Source of the DNA: Trichoplax adhaerens
Lineage: Eukaryota; Animalia; Placozoa
DNA: 64,000 nt
Direction: 5' to 3'
Assembly: GCF_000150275.1 (NCBI RefSeq)
Contig: NW_002060962.1
Location: 1 to 64,000, forward strand
Made by a program: the position numbers and the translations under genes. Of the stretch, positions 54,825-64,000 are shown one piece after another. The stretch's first letter is position 1; the number at the start of each line of letters is the position of its first letter. The notes beneath the pieces were generated by a model. It saw nothing but the letters and a program-made list of their open reading frames with translations. It searched no databases and was not told where the DNA came from.

Positions 54825-57800
54825 ATGGAAGGCTACGGTAGAGATTATGCAAAAAACTCCAATATTCCAGTTGAGCATTTAGATTATTCTTATATCAAAA
54901 ATTGCAACAATGCTAAAGAGCTGGAAAAAATTATAAAAGTCCTACGGTAAATGCATGATGGTTTCATTTTGGATATTGCGCTTTCGTCATTGCTTGACCA
55001 TAATTTGATCATTCGATATTATACATTCATGATGTCTCTGTCAACTACATAGATCGGGAGATGAAGGTTTATATCCTGATTTAATTGAATTTGCTGAAAA
55101 GAAACTAGAAACCGTTAATCCTAAAAGGTCTGAAAGATTACAAAAATCATGTAGTTCAGCTCCACCGCAGTTGCTATGGTTACATGCAAGAAAGTCAAGC
55201 AACTAGCGGTTGGATAGAGTTATTAACTATCGCCAATTTTCCATCATAATCTCATTTTATTCCATTTTCTTCTTGTGTTATTGATTAAAAATGCTTCAAT
55301 AATGGTTATAGCTGAGCTAATTGCAGATATTTTTGTTTTTTCTTGCCTTAAATTGGTAATATTTTCAATGTAGTAAAATGCTATGGAAAGAGAAACCTGC
55401 TGTTAAAACGTCTCAACTAGAGAAGAATCAACGTGATACACTCATTCAAGATATGGAAGAATGGATGACTTCAATAGCAGCAACAGATGATCACTTAAAA
55501 TCCAAGTCTATGTCAAAGGAAGCGTTTGATGATGTACCCGCAGTAAGAAGCTCTGGTGATCGCTCAAACATTGATTTGGTTGGTTGATACTAGTAAATAA
55601 AATAAAATAAATAAATGATAGCGAAAAGGTCAAGATGCTGTGTGATCAGATTTGCTTAGCCATACAGTACTTGACCTAAAGGCATCATTTTCTCTCTAGT
55701 AACTAATCCCATGTAAATTACTTTAAACATTAGTCAAATAAGAAGGATGCAGATGCCAGTCTTAAGAAAAGTGATAACAATGCCGGGAAACCTCCTGCAC
55801 CAAGGAGTTATTCTGAATGGGATAAGTAAGCGTCGTGTAAAATGGGAGTTAATTATACCGTGTTAAGTAGCCAAATTTATTAAATATAATGTAATTCAAT
55901 ATAGAATAAATATTGATGAGGAGTTGGCTAAGGTCGGTAACGATAATAAGGACACAAAATCGGTGAGAAAGCCTACAGGTAGTAAAAACGAACTGAAAGA
56001 ATTACAGCAACAAGTAAACAAAGAAGGCGAGTTACGGAAATTATCATACTTATAATTATAGAATTATTTAAGCTTTTAACATATCGAATTTCTAAATCCA
56101 TGTATTGTGCCTTCTTTATACTTAAATTTTATGCAGGATTAGATGATAATGAGCTGATAATGAAGGCCAATAGGGAAAAGGATAAAGGAAATGAAGTACG
56201 TACATACAGTAACTTAGGCATATTAACGTGATATTATCCAGCAGTATGATATATCCGGTATACTTATTTCTATTCAGGTTTCAATGTATGTTTTATAGAT
56301 TAATTCTTATGTACATATCTTAATATTACAGGCTTTTAAAGCAGGAGATTATAATGAAGCTATCGTATATTATGATAGGAGTATATCTCTTATTCCAACT
56401 GCTGCTGCTTATAATAATCGAGCATTAGCAGGTCAGCCTCGCTGTTTAGACATATTAGAAATTTAAAAGTTCTTAAATTGTGACTTCTTGACTTTTCTAT
56501 GTAGCATTGCGAATGAAGGACTATGTTAAAACAATTGAAGATTGTACGAAGGTAATAGAGATGGAGCCACGTAACTCTAAGGGTAGGTGATTCAATCGAA
56601 AATATAAATCAGTGCTATTATATACTTTAATTAATTTTCATTATATTCCTTATGGATAGCGTATTTGCGTCGAGGTATTGCAAAGAAGGAAAGGAAAGAA
56701 CTGAAAAGTGCAAAACTAGACTTTGAAACTGTTCTAACATTTGATCCCGAAAATAAAAAAGCTATGGTATGCGAACTATAGTAAATATACTAAATTATTA
56801 ACTGCTATTAGCTGTTGTACTCGTATTATAATCACCGTTAGTTTAGTAGGTACTATATTTATTGATAACATACTGTAATACTGAGTTAACGCGCATTAAC
56901 GGAAAGTCTAATTTATTATAGGAACTACTAAAAGACTTAAAAGATGAAAGTTCTAAGGAACAATCCAATACTGAAAATGAAGCCGATATTAATTCTAAGC
57001 CTAAAGAAAAAAAAAAGGGTCGCCGTATGGTAATAACAGAAGTCAATGAAGATACAGAATACTCTGACACAATTAACTTACGAAATGAGGAAAAATCACA
57101 AACTGATGATGTCAAATCTAGTATTCAATCAGCTGGTGATTCACTAACAAATCATACCACAGACGATAAACAGGAATCTGATTCACCTATAATTATAAAC
57201 GAAAATGCGATCTCCCCTAAATCAGAGGTTATTGACGAAGGGATTACATCTACGATAACAAAAATCACTAACGAGAGTACGGAACTAAGTGCTATGGAAA
57301 ATGATAAATCTCAGGATCCCATTATCACACCAGAGCCTAATTACACGCCCACAGTGGCAGTTCAGCCAGAACCAGAAATACCAGAGGGAATTCTTACTAT
57401 TAAAGATGAGGGAAATTTACTCTATAAAAACGGCCAATACGGAGAGGCATTGAAAAAGTACTCTCTAGCAATTGATTTACTTAAAAAAGGTTAGCAAGAT
57501 CAATGTTATACTATTTAAAATATGTGTTATTAAATATAAAATTGTATCATAACGATTGAATGAAATCTTTATCTAGAAACAAGGGTAAATCAAACTGCAC
57601 TAGCATCGTTATTGAACAATAGAGCTGCGTGCCACCATCGTATTGGAGACTGTCGAAATTGTATTATTGACTGTTCGGAATCTCTCGATATTATACCGAA
57701 TGCAATTAAGCCATTGATGAGAAGAGCAGCTTCTTACGAAATCCTTGAAAAGTAGTAAAAATGATTATAAAGCGTATTTATGCCTTAAACTATTTTTTAC

Positions 57801-60042
57801 AATATGATCTTATCATATATTGAATATAGATATCGTAAGGCATTTCTGGACTATAGATCCGTAAATGTAATTGATAGGAGCAACAAAAATGCTTCAGATG
57901 GTATTTCAAGGTTAGCTGTCACAAAAATAATAATCTATTTTTCAATTGAGCAAATTTATGAATTGCCCGATGACTAGTATTTCTTGACTTTATTTTAGAG
58001 TGTCACGTGCGTTACGTAACATCGATGGGCCTAAATGGCGTGATATAATTGACGGTAATATTTCCTCCAATGTTGAAGAAAACACAGGCAAAGCCAAAAT
58101 TACCAATAATGAGATTCCTTCACCTAAATCCGATTCAAATTACACAGAGGAATATTATATTCAAATGAAAGAAAAAGGAAATTCCTACGTAAAAAAGGTT
58201 GTGAAATAGTACGGATTGGGTTCTAACTACTTCTTTATATAATGCACAGCATATTTTATTTAAGCATAATAATGGTACTTTAGTTACATTGGCATCTGTC
58301 AATAACTGGGATCTTTATATGTTAGGGAAATTATGAGGAGGCTATTAAGTCATATACACAATGTATATTAGTACGTCCAAATGAGGTGGCACCTTATACA
58401 AATAGAGCTCTTTGCTATCTAAAAACGAGCCAAGCCGCTTTGGCTGAAGCGGATACTGAAACAGCTTTAAAGGTTGATCCTTCGAATGTAAAAGCATTAT
58501 TCAGACGAGCTTTATCGAGAATTGTACGTATGGGTAATCTAAACCGCTCGTGATACTTACGAGTATATGAGTACTTATCGCAAGTTTCTTTGTACTGATG
58601 ATGTATTGCTAGATCTGCTGATAAATATCACTCCGTATACAATATAATTTAATATACACGTATGCTTACAAATTTTAAAGGCTTTGGAAAATTATAAAGA
58701 GGGAATTCGCGACTTAAATTTGTTATTAAAGATTGAACCATCGAATGTAGCTGCTAGGAAAGAGCTAGACAAGGCGAAGCAGAAATGGCTGAAGGTAACT
58801 CATTTTAAGTGAATTGTTCACTTTTCGCTTCTGACGTAGGTAGAGTACTAGAAAGTTTCTATACCTTAAAATCGTCCAACTTAGGAAATGCATAATTCAA
58901 GTCAAAATGAAAATTCTACCTCTAATAAAAAAACAACGGAAAATATATCTACAAAAAATAAAGAAACTACAGATAAAGTAAGCAATAAGCAACAGAACAT
59001 ACCACGAAAACGAATGCAAATAGAAGAAATAAATGAAGATGAAGTAAGTTTAAACGCACTAGTATTCTCAATTTTTATGTCATCCTGCTGTAAGTAGTCC
59101 TTGCCCGCTTGATATGATACTGTCAATAATGCCATTTATTAGGATGAGGTGGTTCCTACGGAAGTTTTAAGCGAGCCGACGAAATTTGACACACACCGAT
59201 TTAAGAATTCTGCGAAAGATCGTACGAAGGATAAAGATTATAAAAATCAGAGTTTCAAATCTAATCAGCAAGTTCCAACCCATCAAGAAAAGCACGAATT
59301 AAGATCGGTATTAGACGCATTTCTAGTTCTTGAAACTGTCTGCGTGCAACATTTATACAATTTAATTAAATTTTTTTTGTTTGCACATTTTACTTTTAAA
59401 CATCCTATGTAATACCTAATTCAAACAAAAATTTCTTATAGGGCAATCCATATGAATTCCTCAAGGCATGGGAGACAGTTCGCAAGACAACGAATTCAAC
59501 AGTTGATTACGCTAGATTGCTTAGGCAGATATCCCCTAGCTCTCTTGTTAAGGGTAATTAATCTACTTAATGATAAAATGCATCAATAATCTCATTTAAT
59601 CTAAGATGAAGTTAACAGGGGGAATTTCATTTGTAGTTATTAGCAACGGTCTTGAAGCAGATACACTTGTGTCAATCATAAAAACTTTATTAGAACAATT
59701 TAAAGATAGCAACGGTAAGTACTCGGAAAATATACTTAATGAAAGTTTTTAGTTTCTAACACATAATTTATCCTTTGCATAAGATGATATCTTAACTTCG
59801 TACGAAATTCTGAAGTACCTCTCGAAAGTTCCAAGATTCGAAATGTCACTACTTTTTCTCAGTGCCTCTGAGAAGCTAAGTAAGTTAACCAGAATTTCGT
59901 AAACAACTTTAGAGTTTAACTAACACAGTGTAATCCAATACTTTCAGATATTAAGCAAGCCTTTAGTAACATAGTAATGGCTAATCACCCTAAAGTAAAG
60001 ACCGAAGACCTGACTGCTCTACGGGCCTTATACAAAGTATAA
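54825..60042 (+). CDS. SPAG1: Sperm-associated antigen 1 (TPR co-chaperone, axonemal dynein assembly factor)
   Basis: N-terminus IPVEHLDYSYIKNC...ELEKIIKVLRSGDEGLYPDL is SPAG1-specific. It has three TPR clusters (KDKGNEAF, KDEGNLLY, KEKGNSYV) and an RPAP3-like C-terminal domain (PYEFLKAW...LSKVPRFEMSLLFLS...LRALYKV*). Confidence 0.94.
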
Positions 60043-60457
60043 TTTTTCTTTTATAGAACATAATAATTTAAGAGGTATATTTGATATCATATATCATATA
60101 TGTGATATACATTATAACTTAATCTGTATAAAGAGCACTCCATTTTGTGCAATGAAATTTTCTTTCGAGTATTCGTAGAATACAGTGTTAATTAAAATTT
60201 TATGTGATAGATAGATTTCACGTATAAATAAACAGTTTTACCGACGTAAAGGCTTTCAACTTAGAGCACAGAATAGGCAAGTCTTTTGATCTATTGTAAA
60301 CTAAGATGTACTGTGGTAATTTCATGCTAGTTCAAATTTGTCAATTTGATTAATTTGTAAGTCGAGAGTTACACAACTACAAACCACATGTTATAAATCA
60401 TCAATATTGTATTAATTAACTATCGAATCATTTAGAAAAAGCAACTTGGGCATTCCT

Positions 60458-63400
60458 TTAATTGATCTGGTTTCCGGTATTTGATTGCGCAGACATCAGA
60501 GTGAAAGCTAGTGACTCCACTATAATTATGAATTAAAAAGCGAAACCTGATGTATCTATACTTAGTTTAGGCAAGTTAGCTAATATGACAATGAAGTTTC
60601 ATATCCTCAATATCTTACAATAAGTATAATTTCCACGCTTGATAATACTACTCATGATGGTAATCAAGAATTGCAGACATTTCGAAAAGTCGTCTTCAAA
60701 GGAAGTCAAACTTTTTTCGCTAAAAATTAATCATGTAAATGTCACAGCATTACTCGTCGCTTCAATAATTGTAATTAAAACTGCGAGATAAAATAAATCT
60801 CTCGTCTTGCCTGATATCAGCTATTCCCTTATCCCATTGACGACAAAACATGATAGCAATATTCAATATTTTAGCTATAGTTTCTCTGACTATCCTAACC
60901 TACCAGCAGATAAAATTAAAATAATGTATCTCATAGTCATTATTTTACCATATCTAATTTAACTCTCAAGCAAATTGTTTTTGTACCTACCCTATCGGTG
61001 AGCAAACATCTATCATGTAGAGTTTTAATGTAACGTTTGTGAATTTCGATAATTTCGTCCAAGTCTGAAGCCTACAATAGAAAATAGAGATCCTTAGCTG
61101 ATTTTATAAAGGCTGTATCAAGATTCTTAGTTGATTTGCATAAATCTTTACTTTCTCTAGTCGATCTTGGAATTCAATTCCGCTGCTGTAAAGTACCTGA
61201 AAATAAATTCGCATAAATCAGTACGAATTAAAGGCATCTTCCAAATGTATGTCAATAAGATCACCTACCTTTGACATCATATACTGATGTAGAGCATTAA
61301 CAAAGTGAATTAATTTAAATCGCAAAATATGCATTTGGTGCAATAAGGATGATTTTTCTATGTCGTCGGAAGGTGTTAAATAATCTGATGATTTTTCCTC
61401 AGCTTCAATATCAGATTCGTCAAGGTTAGGCCGGACGAGGTCTATATAAAACAAAAATATAGTTGTCCTTATTTTATATATTACGTTCAACTACGTCAAT
61501 TTATTAAAATTTTGACAAACATACCGCCAAAGCTCAAATCTTCAAGCTGCCATAAAGCCCATTTTATTTGCAGTAAAAATCTGAAAATTTTGTTGTAGTA
61601 ATCCATGGCAAACGAATCGATAACAATATCTAGAGGCCACGCAACCTTTCAAATGCAGATAACACTTCAAATGACAGGCTAACCGAACTGGCCAGATAGT
61701 ATGCACTTCTAATTACATTACGGTCTCGCGGAATCGAAGAGGATGCATAATTACGTCATACCTCATATTGTAAATCTAGACAACTCAATGTTTCTATTGC
61801 CAACGATGGCTTCTCGCTATGGTTTATTTTAATTGTTAATCTGTTCAAAAGAAGAGTATCAAAATGAATGTGCGTATGTTCAGAAAGAAATAAGCAAGCT
61901 CTAGCACTATACTTATGTATAGAATAGAAGTAAAAAGAAAGCAGTTACATAGTAAGGTTGTTATTATTTCGTAAATCTTACAGAGAAAATGATTGCTTGG
62001 ATGGAATAACTTGTACTGCCTCATTTAGAATAGTATCAAGGTACGAGACATCTTTCCAGTCATTTCCCTTTTGGATCTTCACAAACAACGATAGAACATT
62101 TTTTAAACCACTATCAAACTTATTATGAATTGAATTAAATATTAAGTAAACACCTTTTCAAATATATTACTGTAAAAAGAGTGCATAGCATCCCCAGCTT
62201 CCATAAGATAGAGTTTCTAGAAGTGAGATAGAAATTAACGATAATCAGCCATCCTTAGCAGACATAAATTCTTCGCTAAACAACTCCAAAAATTCTTACC
62301 CTTATATTTTCTAAATGTGAAAATAGCTTACAATCATCTCTTAAAATATCTAGTAAATGTCGACAAGCCTAATAAAATAAAACGATCACCGATATAATGG
62401 TACCAATGCAAATGTGAGCAATTTTAAGGAGCATACTTACCACTTTATATCTCGAACTTATATGAGAAACCAGGCACCTATGAAATAGCTTCTCAAAGGG
62501 TTCATGGAGTAATTTCGAATCTAAAGCAACGTTAGAATCAAGACAAAACAATAGGTCCTTCATTAACAAGTAGTTAGGCATATAAATTTGCAGATATAAC
62601 TTGTAATAAATGTCAAAGAGCTATTACTAGATATTTCATTACCACTTGAAATTTCCCAATTAAAGGCGGATCCAAAACTATTTAAAGAATAGATGAATAT
62701 AGTCAGCTTTTATATTATTTAGAGCAATTCAATACACTGTACTAACTTAGCACTGGAATTTCCTAAGTTTCTCTGAGGAAGACGAACATTAAGAGTTTCG
62801 TAGAAGTTCAGTTCTAAAAGATTGTTAGACTCAACTGTCCTTAAAATATCATTTGTTTGCAAAGAATTCCAGACGCAGACAGCATTATTATCTGATGAAT
62901 TAATTTCATCCTTTTGTCGATCTAAAGGAGAATTTAAAACAATCGATATTTTCACTGTATGTAGGTACAAGTGAATTACCGCCTTTAAACCAGAAATGAC
63001 AAGTTCAGACCTTACCTGAGGTTACTATCAATTCTTTCTTAATAGTTTTAGAAAATAAACTGTATAGAGATTCGCTTTCGATAGCTGCAAAGAAAATTCA
63101 GCTTATCAAACTAGATACTTAAGAAATCAAAAAAAAATTCTAAGCAGTTTCGTACCTTTTAAAAATCGCGATTTTCTGTTACTTGATAACATACCAGCCT
63201 ATAAGATTAAAAAGTTTCGCATGTTTTCTAATACATAAAGTTATAAATATATTGAAAAAGTGATACAACTCACATGAATGATAGCGTAAATAAGTTCAGT
63301 TGATTTGCCCATCAGTAACATCTGGTTTACAATATTTTGTAAAAAGGCAGGTACCCAATTCTCTGAAAAACTTGAATCTCCAGAGTTACTGTCTGATCTT

Positions 63401-64000
63401 ACACTCAATGCTGTGAACCAAAATTTCGCATCATTAACTTTAACGGCACGATCTCTGTTTAAGATAGAAGGATATAACATCTCAGAATAAGTAATAAAGT
63501 TAAGCTTAGTTGAAAAAAATGATTAAGACCGAAATTTTTATATTTTCTTAAACCTGACTATGAAAAATTCTTCTGTTGGATCATTTAATTCACCAGTTGT
63601 AATCCACTTTTCTATAATTTTTATATACGGTCTAACAGTATCGTGTATTATAGGCAAGAGTAAGCTGACCTGGGTAGATTAAATACAGAAAGTCAGTTAT
63701 TACTGACATCTTCTGTCATATGACTGGATCACTCGTCATGGATAAGAATTATTTTACAAAATAAAAGATGAATGTATGCCATATTATATACTGTACTGTA
63801 CATTTATGGTACAACAAAGCTAATATCTATCATCTAATTGCAAATGTGTATATCTATTAGTATCATAGCCGTGTGACAGATTCAAAATGAAATTTCGATA
63901 ACCAGCTGCAACTATGGCGTACCAGCTTCAAACCAGAATCTCCCATGTTATCAAAATATATCAGAGCATTGTATAGGGACGATAGTAAGTGAGAAGTTCG
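60458..64000 (-). CDS. TUBGCP5: Gamma-tubulin complex component 5, 3' portion (5' end beyond the window)
   Basis: Exons encode RPYIKIIEKWITTGELNDPTEEFFI, YLMEAGDAMHSFY, WPLDIVI...YNKIFRFLLQIKWA, HQMHILRFKLIHFVNALHQYMM and LESLAFTLM; stop at 60458. Confidence 0.93.

Overview
AT-rich eukaryotic animal DNA with compact genes, mostly short introns and two N gaps. The style suggests a placozoan such as Trichoplax, but this is inference. Genes in order: first exon of a class A GPCR (-); TRAPPC9 (-); a tandem cluster of three AIG1/ADTRP (FAR-17a) threonine-hydrolase genes (+); a large multi-Kazal protein (-); about 17 kb with no supportable gene but several tandem repeats; BLOC1S5/MUTED (-); a spliced orphan or pseudogene (+); ADAT2 (+); SCOC (-); SPAG1 (+); and the 3' part of TUBGCP5 (-). 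The main observation is that the first AIG1/ADTRP gene has three intact, diverged 147-nt ATG-initiated first exons, each carrying the catalytic-Thr motif, upstream of a single shared gene body. This variable-exon/constant-body layout resembles UGT1A or the protocadherins. Other points: two U12-type introns (the ADAT2 one needs non-canonical GT-AT or GT-AC termini), two probable GC-AG introns, a phase mismatch in BLOC1S5, TACAGTA-rich arrays at divergent promoters, and gene linkage matching human 6q24/6p24/8q. All exon models were spliced and translated by hand and family calls rest on recalled homolog sequences; no searches were run.
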